DNA of 64,000 nucleotides from Acidobacteriota bacterium (GTDB taxonomy: Bacteria > Acidobacteriota > Vicinamibacteria > Marinacidobacterales > Marinacidobacteraceae), in NCBI GenBank assembly GCA_028877265.1, contig JAPPGX010000016.1:1265-65264 (forward strand), written 5' to 3'. Below, in pieces: positions 36,475 to 44,708 of this stretch. Under the pieces are notes generated by a model. The model was given only the letters and a program-made list of their open reading frames with translations. It did not search any database and was not told the DNA's origin. The translations under genes were made by a program, and so were the position numbers. Every line of letters begins with the position of its first letter. Position 1 is the stretch's first letter.

Positions 36475-37812
36475 ATGCCGGATTCGCACCCAGCGGCCCC
36501 GCCGAAGCAGACAACAGTCAACCGAACGACCTCCTTGGCGAAGACGCCCCCCAACTCTCAGGAAACGCCCATGCCCGACGCGCCTGTCGCCGCCGCGAAC
36601 GAGGAAGTCGCGGTGGTCGAACCAGTTCCCCCGGCCGGCGAAAAGGAACGCGAACCGCAAGCCAGGGAACCGGAAATCCCTCGCATCGAGATCACCGGCC
36701 TGCTGGACATCGGGCCTCGCGACAGCGGTCATCTGCGGCTCCTCGCCAACAACTTCCTGCCCCGGGCTACGGATGTCCGGGTTCCGTTCGGCCTGATCGA
36801 CCGTTACAAGCTCCGCGAGGGGCACACGATCCTCGGGTATCACGGTCCGCCCAGGAGGGGACGGCGGCGCGGCGGGCCGCCGCGCGCGGAACTGCACACC
36901 GTCCTCGAAGTCAACGGCTACCCCGTCGACGCACTGCCCCCCCGGCGGAACTACGCCGATCTGATCAGCGAGCATCCGGCTCCCCGGATCGAACTGGCGC
37001 GGACCGAACCGGCCCCGCTGTCGCTCCGCGTGGTCGATCTCATCTCTCCGGTCGGGAGGGGTCAGCGCGGCCTCATCGTCGCGGCTCCCAAGACCGGCAA
37101 GACGATCCTCCTCGAGCAGATCGGCGCCTCCATCTCGGACCACTACCCGGGCATCCACCTCATCATCCTGCTGATCGACGAACGCCCGGAGGAAGTGACC
37201 CACATGCGGCGTTCGGTCCCGAAGGCCGAAGTGGTCGCCTCGACCGCCGACAGCGGCAGCGCGGACCACGTGCGGGTCGCCCGGATCGTGCTGGAGCAGG
37301 CTCGCCGGCTCGTGGAGATGAAGGAAGACGTGGTCATCCTGCTCGACTCGATCACCCGGCTGGGACGGGCGGCGAACCGGGAAATGCGTGGGAAGGGCCG
37401 CACCATGAGCGGCGGCATCGATTCCCGGGCGCTCGAGTTCCCCCGTCAGTTCTTCGGCGCGGCGCGCAAGATCGAGGACGGCGGCAGCCTGACGATTCTC
37501 GGGACGGCGCTGGTGGACACCGGCAGCCAGATGGATGAGGTCATCTTCCAGGAGTTCAAGGGCACCGGCAACATGGAACTGGTGCTGGACCGGAAGCTGG
37601 CGGAGTCGCGGATCTTCCCCGCGATCGACATTCACCAATCCGGAACCCGCCGTGAAGAGCTCCTGCTTTCGCCCGAAGAACTGCCGAAGACCCATCTGCT
37701 GCGCCGCGCGCTCGCGGGCCTGAAGCCGATGGAGGCGATGTCGCTGCTGCTCGGCCGGATGGAACGGACGAAGAACAACGCCGACATGCTGGCGTCGATC
37801 CGGGTCTCCTGA
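36475..37812 (+). CDS. rho: Transcription termination factor Rho
   Basis: 445 aa. Cold-shock-like RNA-binding domain ([16 protein letters not shown]...), Walker [28 protein letters not shown] loops and [17 protein letters not shown]. The N-terminal roughly 68 aa are Pro/Ala/Glu-rich. An alternative start is the ATG at 36571. Confidence 0.93.
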   Translation: MPDSHPAAPPKQTTVNRTTSLAKTPPNSQETPMPDAPVAAANEEVAVVEPVPPAGEKEREPQAREPEIPRIEITGLLDIGPRDSGHLRLLANNFLPRATDVRVPFGLIDRYKLREGHTILGYHGPPRRGRRRGGPPRAELHTVLEVNGYPVDALPPRRNYADLISEHPAPRIELARTEPAPLSLRVVDLISPVGRGQRGLIVAAPKTGKTILLEQIGASISDHYPGIHLIILLIDERPEEVTHMRRSVPKAEVVASTADSGSADHVRVARIVLEQARRLVEMKEDVVILLDSITRLGRAANREMRGKGRTMSGGIDSRALEFPRQFFGAARKIEDGGSLTILGTALVDTGSQMDEVIFQEFKGTGNMELVLDRKLAESRIFPAIDIHQSGTRREELLLSPEELPKTHLLRRALAGLKPMEAMSLLLGRMERTKNNADMLASIRVS

Positions 37813-37838
37813 TCACTGTCCACGGCACCCGACGCCAT

Positions 37839-37847
37839 TGCTAGAAT
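37839..37847 (+). promoter_or_regulatory. Extended -10-like TGCTAGAAT upstream of rplU
   Basis: ccatTGCTAGAATccc, 26 nt upstream of the rplU ATG. Confidence 0.45.
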
Positions 37848-37873
37848 CCCCCGTTCCTCCGGGCAGACACCTC

Positions 37874-38230
37874 ATGTACGCAATCTTCGAGAGCGGCGGC
37901 AAGCAGCACCGCGCCGAGCCCGGGCAGCGCCTTGCGCTCGAGAAGCTCGACGCCCGGGACGGGGACACCGTTTCCTTCGACCGCGTGCTCATGGTGCGGG
38001 ACCCGGAGGGCGGCGAGTGCCGGATCGGCAGTCCCTACCTGCCGGAAACGACCGTTTCGGCGACGGTGCTGGCGCACTACCGCGATCCCAAGGTGCTGGT
38101 GTTCAAGCGCAAGCGCCGGAAGGGCTACCGGAAAAAGCAGGGACATCGGCAGGCTCGCGTCCAGGTCCGCGTGGATGCCATCCACGAGGGAACCCCAGAC
38201 GCCGCGGACGGCTCGTCCGCAGCGGAGTAG
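37874..38230 (+). CDS. rplU: 50S ribosomal protein L21
   Basis: MYAIFESGGKQHRAEPG... is the canonical L21 N-terminus. The track ORF begins earlier, at 37838. Confidence 0.95.
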   Translation: MYAIFESGGKQHRAEPGQRLALEKLDARDGDTVSFDRVLMVRDPEGGECRIGSPYLPETTVSATVLAHYRDPKVLVFKRKRRKGYRKKQGHRQARVQVRVDAIHEGTPDAADGSSAAE

Positions 38231-38275
38231 ATCGGTCACGACACAAGAAGCGGCTGAAGCACTCGGGAGGTCAAC

Positions 38276-38530
38276 GTGGCGCACAAGAAGGGTCAGGGGA
38301 GTTCCAGGAACGGGCGCGACAGCCACTCGAAGCGGCTCGGCGTCAAGCGCTTCGCCGGCGAACGGGTGTCGGGCGGAACGATCCTGGTCCGCCAGCGCGG
38401 CACCCGCTTCAAGCCGGGGACCAACGTCGGGCGCGGGAATGACGACACGCTGTTCGCCAAGGTGGGCGGGGTCGTGCAGTTCTGGAACCGCGGGCGGCTG
38501 GGCCGGTTCATCTCGATCGCCGCAGACTGA
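38276..38530 (+). CDS. rpmA: 50S ribosomal protein L27
   Basis: (M)[23 protein letters not shown]... is the canonical L27 sequence. GTG start with a GGGAGG Shine-Dalgarno. Confidence 0.96.
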   Translation: MAHKKGQGSSRNGRDSHSKRLGVKRFAGERVSGGTILVRQRGTRFKPGTNVGRGNDDTLFAKVGGVVQFWNRGRLGRFISIAAD

Positions 38531-38589
38531 TTCCGCCGGTCGGACCTCGAGCGGCCGAACCTCGACCGGCATTCCCGGTTGGTCGCGTC

Positions 38590-39606
38590 ATGCTCGTTGA
38601 TGAGGTCGTACTGAGGCTGTCGGGAGGGCGCGGCGGCAACGGGGCCCTCAGCTTCCGCCGGGAGAAGTTCGTTCCCCGGGGCGGACCCGACGGCGGCAAC
38701 GGTGGACGCGGGGGGAGCGTCGTGCTGGTCGCGGACCGGGGACGCCACACGCTGGCGGGGTACCGCTATCGGCCCAGCTACCGGGCGGACGCTGGCGGGC
38801 ACGGGTCGGGGAACAACCGGCAGGGCCGCTCGGGGCAGGATCTGCTGTTGCGGGTGCCGGCGGGTACGGCGGCCTATGACGATGAGTCCGGCGCGCTCCT
38901 CGGCGATCTCGTGGAAGACGGAAGTTCGCTCACGGTGGCGCCCGGCGGCCGCGGCGGCCGGGGGAACGCGGTCTTCCGGACGCCGACCAACCAGGCGCCC
39001 CGCCGCACCGAGCCCGGGGAGTCCGGAGTCGCGCGCACCGTGCGGCTCGAACTGCGGCTCCTCGCGGACGTGGGGCTGGTGGGCTTCCCGAACGCCGGCA
39101 AGTCGTCCTTCATCGCCCGGGTGAGCGCCGCGAAGCCTCGCATCGCGGACTACCCGTTCACGACGCTGACTCCGAACCTCGGACTGGTACGGCTCGGCGA
39201 CGACGCCGAGTTCGTGGTCGCGGACCTTCCCGGCCTGATTCCCGGGGCCAGCCAGGGGGCCGGACTGGGGACCCGGTTCCTGAAGCACCTGTCACGGACC
39301 GCGTTCCTGGTCTATTTCGTCGATCTCTCGGAGTCGTCAGGGCGTGTCCCCAAGGCCGATCTCGAGGTGCTCCAGCAGGAAGTGACGCAGTACGGCGGCA
39401 ATCTCCCGGGAAAGCCGGCCATGGTGGTGGGCAACAAGACGGACATCCTGACGGACGAGGCCCGTCTTGAGGCCCTCGCGGAGGCGGCGGCGGCGGGCGG
39501 CCTGCCCTTCTTCGCCGTCTCGGCGGCGACCGGGGACGGCTGCGCGGCCCTCGTCGCCGAACTGGGCGCCCGGGTGGCCGGCAGCGCCGGACGGAGCGAC
39601 GCGTGA
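38590..39606 (+). CDS. obg: GTPase Obg/CgtA
   Basis: MLVDEVVLRLSGGRGGNGALSFRREKFVPRGGPDGGNGGRGG (Obg fold), followed by G-domain motifs GFPNAGKSS, DLPG and NKTD. Confidence 0.95.
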   Translation: MLVDEVVLRLSGGRGGNGALSFRREKFVPRGGPDGGNGGRGGSVVLVADRGRHTLAGYRYRPSYRADAGGHGSGNNRQGRSGQDLLLRVPAGTAAYDDESGALLGDLVEDGSSLTVAPGGRGGRGNAVFRTPTNQAPRRTEPGESGVARTVRLELRLLADVGLVGFPNAGKSSFIARVSAAKPRIADYPFTTLTPNLGLVRLGDDAEFVVADLPGLIPGASQGAGLGTRFLKHLSRTAFLVYFVDLSESSGRVPKADLEVLQQEVTQYGGNLPGKPAMVVGNKTDILTDEARLEALAEAAAAGGLPFFAVSAATGDGCAALVAELGARVAGSAGRSDA

Positions 39607-40268
39607 CGGACGAGGCGGTCCGGCGGCCCGGGGTGATCGCGGTCTTCGGCGGGACGTTCGATCCCCCGCACTGGGGCCACGTCCGCGCCGCCCTGGCCGT
39701 CCGCGACCGGGTGGGGGTGGAAGCCGTATGGCTGGTGCCCGCGCGGATTCCTCCGCATCGGGCGACACCGCGTCTTCCAGCCGAGGAGAGGCTTCGACTC
39801 GTTGAGGAGGCCGTGGCCGGCCGGGAACGCCTGCTCGCGAGCCCCGTCGAACTCGAGCGCGAGGGGCCGTCGTTCACCATCGACACCCTCGACGGGTTGG
39901 CGGCCGGGCGAGGCCGGCCGGACGGTGGGGCGGCGGTGCTGTTCGTGGTCGGGTCCGACGCCTTTCAGGAGATCCGGACCTGGAGCCGCTACGAGCGGCT
40001 CCTGGACCGGCACCCGGTCCTGGTCCATCGCCGGGCGGGCTGCGCGATCGCGGAGGCGGTCACGGTGCTCCCGCGCCGATTCCGGGCCCGGGTGACCGCC
40101 GATCTGTCCACACCGTTGATCCCCCCGCGTATCCTCACGCTGGACATTGACCTCCCCGACCCCAAGTCCTACCGGATTCGAGAACTCCTGAAGCAGCACA
40201 CACCCGTCGATCACCTCGTGCCCCCGCGGGTCGCTGCCCGCATCGCCGAGAGGGGTCTCTATCGTTGA
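39603..40268 (+). CDS. nadD: Nicotinate-nucleotide adenylyltransferase
   Basis: VFGGTFDPPHWGH nucleotidyltransferase motif. GTGA overlap with obg. Confidence 0.9.
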   Translation: MTDEAVRRPGVIAVFGGTFDPPHWGHVRAALAVRDRVGVEAVWLVPARIPPHRATPRLPAEERLRLVEEAVAGRERLLASPVELEREGPSFTIDTLDGLAAGRGRPDGGAAVLFVVGSDAFQEIRTWSRYERLLDRHPVLVHRRAGCAIAEAVTVLPRRFRARVTADLSTPLIPPRILTLDIDLPDPKSYRIRELLKQHTPVDHLVPPRVAARIAERGLYR

Positions 40269-40669
40269 GCGACTCCGTTCCCAAACCCTCCGCCGAGTCC
40301 TGCGCCCGCCTCAGCGCCGAGGCCGCGCAGCTCGAAAAAGCCGAAGACGTGGTGGTCCTCGACCTCCGCGGCCTCGCCGGTTTTACCGACTTCTTCGTCA
40401 TCGCAACGGCTGCGAGCGAGCGCCGCCGCGCGACGATCGTGGACGCCGTGGAGCGCCGCGTCCGGGAGCGGGTCGGCCGCAAACCCATCCATCTCGAGGG
40501 GTATCCGGCGGCAGGCTGGCTGTTGGCCGACTACGTGGACTTCGTCGTCCACGTCTTCTCGCCGGAGAGCCGGGAGCTGTATCAACTCGAAAAGCTCTGG
40601 GGCGACGCCGCGCGCTGGTATCCGGAGCCCACCGGCGCGGACGCCGCCGCCGCTTCACGTACGCCATAG
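40265..40669 (+). CDS. rsfS: Ribosomal silencing factor RsfS (iojap family)
   Basis: 134 aa. VVLDLRGLAGFTDFFVIATAASERR and DYVDFVVHVF...RELYQLEKLW are typical of RsfS. TTG start overlaps the nadD stop. Confidence 0.9.
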   Translation: MSDSVPKPSAESCARLSAEAAQLEKAEDVVVLDLRGLAGFTDFFVIATAASERRRATIVDAVERRVRERVGRKPIHLEGYPAAGWLLADYVDFVVHVFSPESRELYQLEKLWGDAARWYPEPTGADAAAASRTP

Positions 40670-40672
40670 AAT
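40667..40672 (+). promoter_or_regulatory. -10-like hexamer TAGAAT built on the rsfS stop codon
   Basis: gccaTAGAATcgg, 21 nt upstream of ATG 40694. Confidence 0.35.
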
Positions 40673-40693
40673 CGGACCGGCAAGAAAGACACG

Positions 40694-42043
40694 ATGGGCA
40701 TTCGCACCCTGCTGTTCGTAGTGGCGGTCCTGTTGACGGCGGGCCTGCTGCTGGTGGTCGTCGCGTCCAATGCGCAGTTCGTGACCGTCACCCTGCCGTT
40801 CTTCCTGCCGATCCGGGTGGAACTGTGGAAGGTCATGTTTGCGGGCGTCGGTCTCGGGGCCGCGATTGCCCTGGCTTTCGACCTGGCGGGCCGCGTCCGG
40901 CGCCTGGTTCGCGAGCGGCGTCTGCGGCGCGGGCGCCAGGATCTCGAGGAGGGTGAGCGGCTGTACCTCGACGGGCTCGACGAAATGGCCTCCGGCCGGT
41001 GGCCGCAGGCGCTCCTCAGTCTCGAAGCGGCGCAGGAATACGCGGGAGCCGATCCCAAGACCCTCCGCCGCAAGGCCGAGTGCCTGATGCGGCTCGGCCG
41101 GCCCGGGGAAGCGGCCGAGGCGCTGGAGCAGGCGCTGGCCGAAGACCGTGGAAATCACGACGTGTCCTACGCGCTGGCGGAGGCCCGGCAGGCGATGGGA
41201 GAGCGCGAGCAGGCGCGGGCGCTCCTCGAAAAGACCATCTCCGAGGACCCCGAAGCTCCGACGCCGGCCCTCGCCCGGCTTCGCGACATCCTGGTGGAGG
41301 CGGGCGAGAACCGCGCCGCTCTTTCCGTCCAGCAGCAACTCGTATCGCACGTTCCTCCGTCTGCGCGCGCCGCCGAAGAGCAGCGGACCCTGTCGCTCCG
41401 TCACCGGTACGGCAAGGAGCTTCTCGAAGAGGGCGAGCCGGCCGAGGCGGCGCGGGTGTTCCGGGCCATCCTCGAGGAGGATCCGGGAGCGGTGCCGGCC
41501 TGGGTGCGTCTCGGGGAGGCCTACCTCGCGGGCGGCAACGAAAGGGCGGCCGTCGACACCTGGCAAAAGGCGTTCGACCAGACCGGCGCCACGGCCCCGC
41601 TCTCGGCGCTCCAGGACTACTACCTCGACCGGACCTGTCCGGAGGACGCGATCTCGGTCTGGAAACGGGCGATCGGCGCCGCCGAAAACCCCGCCGACAG
41701 CCAATACCTTCTGGGAAAGCTCTACGACCGTCTCTACATGCTGGACGACGCCCTCAAGACGTTCGCCAACCTGCCCCGGGGCGCCGCCCCGGCGCTGGGC
41801 GCGCGTCTTTCCCGCATCCTCGAGGGCCGCGGCGACCTCGCCGAAGCCGTGATCCGGGCCCGCGAGGTGATTTCGGCCGCGCCGTCCCTCTCCGCCGAGT
41901 ACTGCTGCGCCGCGTGCGGCGCGCGTTTCCCGGACTGGAGCGACAGTTGCGTGGAGTGCGGAACCTACGGGGGGATCAGGCTCGACGTGGAGGAGGTCCG
42001 GCCCGTACCGGTGGGCGGGGACGCGTCGACACCGGTCGTCTGA
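40694..42043 (+). CDS. LapA(DUF1049)-like N-terminal membrane module fused to a LapB/YciM-like TPR + rubredoxin-type zinc-finger protein
   Basis: 449 aa. Two N-terminal TM helices with a NAQFVTVTLPF motif (LapA-like), then TPR repeats. C-terminal YCCAACGARFPDWSDSCVECGTYG is a Cys4 metal site as in LapB. Confidence 0.7.
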   Translation: MGIRTLLFVVAVLLTAGLLLVVVASNAQFVTVTLPFFLPIRVELWKVMFAGVGLGAAIALAFDLAGRVRRLVRERRLRRGRQDLEEGERLYLDGLDEMASGRWPQALLSLEAAQEYAGADPKTLRRKAECLMRLGRPGEAAEALEQALAEDRGNHDVSYALAEARQAMGEREQARALLEKTISEDPEAPTPALARLRDILVEAGENRAALSVQQQLVSHVPPSARAAEEQRTLSLRHRYGKELLEEGEPAEAARVFRAILEEDPGAVPAWVRLGEAYLAGGNERAAVDTWQKAFDQTGATAPLSALQDYYLDRTCPEDAISVWKRAIGAAENPADSQYLLGKLYDRLYMLDDALKTFANLPRGAAPALGARLSRILEGRGDLAEAVIRAREVISAAPSLSAEYCCAACGARFPDWSDSCVECGTYGGIRLDVEEVRPVPVGGDASTPVV

Positions 42044-42084
42044 CGGGAGACGGGCGCCCCGCCGGCGGTTCTCCGATCCTCCGC

Positions 42085-42090
42085 TAGAAT
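42085..42090 (+). promoter_or_regulatory. -10-like hexamer TAGAAT, 10 nt upstream of GTG 42101 (possible leaderless mRNA)
   Basis: ccgcTAGAATttttcccggcGTG, with no Shine-Dalgarno. Confidence 0.4.
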
Positions 42091-42100
42091 TTTTCCCGGC

Positions 42101-42919
42101 GTGGCACGATCCCTCCCCCAGCTCGGCGGTGTCCTGCCCGCCCCGCAGAGTTTCGGGATCACGAGACGCTGCGATCCGTGGTGGGTCACTCCGACCGGGG
42201 TCTTCGTTGGCCTGAGCGTGTTCGTCATCTATTCGACCTGGGCGGTGTTCACGCACCACGGGGCCGAGTTCGGCAACTACGTTTCGCCGATCCATGTCCC
42301 GGTGCTCTTCGGCGAGACGCCCCACGCCTGGTTCGGGCCCAAACCGGCCGTCTGGCCGGCGTTCCTCCCCTGGGCGCCGGGCGTATTCCTGTTCTGGGCG
42401 CCGGCCGGGCTCCGTCTGACCTGCTACTACTACCGCGGCTCGTACTACAAGGCCTTCTGGGCGAGCCCGGCCTCCTGCACCGTGGGCAAGCCGTGGAACA
42501 CCTACCGGGGCGAGAACAGCTTCCCGCTCGTCCTCCAGAACGTCCATCGCTACTTCCTCTACATCGCGCTGGTCTGGATCGGGTTGCATCTCTACTACGT
42601 CTGGGGGGCGACGCGGTTCGCCGATCCGGTCACCGGTGAGGTTTCGTTCGGCCTCGGCGTCGGAACCCTGGTGATGGCCCTGAACGCCGCGCTGCTCGCC
42701 GGCTATACCTTGGGATGTCATTCCTTGCGCCACCTCGCCGGCGGGTTTCTCGACCGGCTCTCGGGGCGCCCGGTACGCCGCTGCGCCTACGAGTGCACGA
42801 GCTGGTTCAACCTCCGTCACATGGGCTTCGCCTGGGCGAGTCTGGTCTGGGTGATGGTCACGGACGTCTACGTTCGGCTCTGCGCCACGGGTGTGGTCAC
42901 GGACTACCGGATCCTGTAG
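42101..42919 (+). CDS. Conserved-looking polytopic membrane protein with Cys/His motifs, function unknown
   Basis: 272 aa with about 5-6 TM segments. Motifs LRLTCYYYRGSYYKAFW, SPASCTV and GYTLGCHSLRHLAGG. See the finding for a tentative family link. Confidence 0.6.
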   Translation: MARSLPQLGGVLPAPQSFGITRRCDPWWVTPTGVFVGLSVFVIYSTWAVFTHHGAEFGNYVSPIHVPVLFGETPHAWFGPKPAVWPAFLPWAPGVFLFWAPAGLRLTCYYYRGSYYKAFWASPASCTVGKPWNTYRGENSFPLVLQNVHRYFLYIALVWIGLHLYYVWGATRFADPVTGEVSFGLGVGTLVMALNAALLAGYTLGCHSLRHLAGGFLDRLSGRPVRRCAYECTSWFNLRHMGFAWASLVWVMVTDVYVRLCATGVVTDYRIL

Positions 42920-42978
42920 GGCCCGGCCCTTCCGGTTCCCCGCGGCGCGAACGCGTGCCCGCCCGATCTCCGTTTCGG

Positions 42979-43731
42979 GTGCGGTGGCGGCGCGCCTTCG
43001 GACAGCTTCTCTTTCCCCAGTGCTGCTGCCTCTGCGACGGGCCACTCGCCGATCCGCTGGCGGGCCCGGCGTGCCCCGGGTGCGCCGACTGCCTCCGCCC
43101 GCTGGCCGTTCCCGCGTGTCTCAAGTGCGGCCTGTTCCTTGCGCCCTCCGTGCCGCCCGGCCGCTGCGGCGAATGCCGGGCGCGCCGGCGGCCCTTCCGC
43201 ATGGCGGTGGCCGCCGCGCCGTACGAGGGCGCGTTCCGGCGCGCCCTGCTGGAGCTCAAGTTCCGGCGGCGGGAGGTGCTCGCCGAGCTCCTGGCGAAAC
43301 CCGCCGTCTCCGCGTTCCGGCGTGCGCCCCGGGACCACGACGCCCGTACCGCGGGCGCATTCCCGGCCGCGGCGGTCGCGGTTCCGGCGCCCTTCTGGCG
43401 GGGGCGGCGCCGTGGCTTCAACCAGGCCGAGCTGCTGGCCCGGCCGGTCGCCCGGGAGTTCGGGATTCCGCTGGTACGGGGCGCGCTGCGGCGGCGCTCC
43501 CGCCCGCCGCAGACGCTGGTGAGCCCGAGCGCCCGCCGCCGCAACGTGCGGGGAGCGTTCCGCGCGGGGCGGCTGCCGGAGCGGCTCGCCGGCCGGCCCC
43601 TCCTGCTGGTGGACGACGTGTTCACCACCGGAAGCACCGTGGAGGCAGCGGTCCGGGCTTTGATCCGGGCCGGAGCCGGGCCGGTGGACGTCCTGACCGT
43701 GGCCCGCGCCTGGACCCCCGCCCCTCGCTAG
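42979..43731 (+). CDS. ComF-family phosphoribosyltransferase-like protein
   Basis: 3' part of track ORF 42715..43731. N-terminal Cys-rich zinc-finger region (CCLCDGPL...CPGC...CLKCG...CGEC) and PRT motif LLLVDDVFTTGST. The start is uncertain (GTG 42979 or GTG 42955). Confidence 0.8.
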   Translation: MRWRRAFGQLLFPQCCCLCDGPLADPLAGPACPGCADCLRPLAVPACLKCGLFLAPSVPPGRCGECRARRRPFRMAVAAAPYEGAFRRALLELKFRRREVLAELLAKPAVSAFRRAPRDHDARTAGAFPAAAVAVPAPFWRGRRRGFNQAELLARPVAREFGIPLVRGALRRRSRPPQTLVSPSARRRNVRGAFRAGRLPERLAGRPLLLVDDVFTTGSTVEAAVRALIRAGAGPVDVLTVARAWTPAPR

Positions 43732-43734
43732 AAT
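43729..43734 (+). promoter_or_regulatory. -10-like hexamer TAGAAT built on the comF-family stop codon
   Basis: ctcgcTAGAATtcg, 37 nt upstream of ATG 43772. Confidence 0.35.
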
Positions 43735-43771
43735 TCGCGCGGCAGTCCACGGGACTGTCGGCCTCACAGCT

Positions 43772-44593
43772 ATGGAAACCACGCGGCGCCGGGTGTTTAC
43801 GGTGGTAGGCCTTGCCTGCCTGGTCCTTTCGACCGCTCCGGCCCTCTCCTGGGGTCCGGAAGGCCATCGGGAGATCGGCGAAAAGGCGATCGACTCGCTC
43901 CGCGATCCGCTGAAGGACTTCTTCGAGGACCGCGAGGACACCTTCTACGAGTTGCTCGACGATCCGGCGCGCAGCCGGAACACGGCGCACTTCTTTCTCG
44001 AGCGGTACGACGAGTTCCCGTTCTGGGACGTGCCGGCGACGCGGGAGCTGGCGCTCAGGCGCTTCTCCGAGGAGGACATCGCGGAGAACGGGGATGGCCT
44101 CTGGCGGCTCCTCGAGGCGTACGACGCGTTGGTCGGAGCCTTCGAGGAGGCGGACTTCGATCTCGTGCTGGAGCGCGCCAGCGACGTTGCCTGGCTGGTC
44201 GGCGAAGTCGGGGTACCGCCCAACACATCGGCGGCTGGCGATGGCCAGGCCACCCAGCAGGACGGTCTCGCCCGCCGCTACGACACCCAGCTCGTCGAGA
44301 TCTTCGCCGACGAGTTGCGGGTGCGTGATTCGGCCGCCGTGTATCTCGACCGGCCGCACGAGTTCATCCGGTCCCTGCCGCTCAAGGCGCACATCTGGGT
44401 GGACAACATCAACTTCACCGACTCCATGTCGCGCCGCGGCGTCGCCGGCTACGACCGGTTCTACATGGACGGTATGTGGAACGAACTTGGCGGGTTGACC
44501 GGGGCGTTGATGACCGACGCCGCGCGCGACATCGCGAGCCTCTGGTACACGGCCTGGGTGGCGGCCGGACGCCCCGAGGTTCCGGAAACCTGA
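43772..44593 (+). CDS. Exported S1/P1-nuclease / zinc phospholipase C superfamily-like protein (divergent)
   Basis: A signal peptide ends ...APALS and is followed by WGPEGH, the mature N-terminus typical of S1/P1 nucleases. AHFF and AHIWVD resemble other ligand motifs, but the central His/Asp/His block appears to be replaced. Confidence 0.5.
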   Translation: METTRRRVFTVVGLACLVLSTAPALSWGPEGHREIGEKAIDSLRDPLKDFFEDREDTFYELLDDPARSRNTAHFFLERYDEFPFWDVPATRELALRRFSEEDIAENGDGLWRLLEAYDALVGAFEEADFDLVLERASDVAWLVGEVGVPPNTSAAGDGQATQQDGLARRYDTQLVEIFADELRVRDSAAVYLDRPHEFIRSLPLKAHIWVDNINFTDSMSRRGVAGYDRFYMDGMWNELGGLTGALMTDAARDIASLWYTAWVAAGRPEVPET

Positions 44594-44708
44594 GCAGACT
44601 CTGACCGAGCTCACGCCCATCGTCCCGACCCCGGTTGTCCCCGGTTCCAGCGAGGGACCCGAATCGGAAGACGTTCGCAACTCTCAGGACATCGCGACCA
44701 TCCAGGCC

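Noticed and set aside
38535-38570. Hairpin GCCGGTCG...CGACCGGC after rpmA, as a possible intrinsic terminator.
   Set aside because: The stem is only 8 bp with a 20-nt loop and no U-tract, and obg follows 20 nt later in a conserved operon. It is more likely a processing or stability element, or chance GC pairing.
44594-44708. ECF-type autoregulated promoter (GGAAC-N16/17-CGT) upstream of the sigma factor.
   Set aside because: Only loose matches exist (GGTTCC at 44643; GGAAGA...CGTT around 44666..44675), and none has correct -35/-10 spacing. The region may even be coding, because the frame is open.
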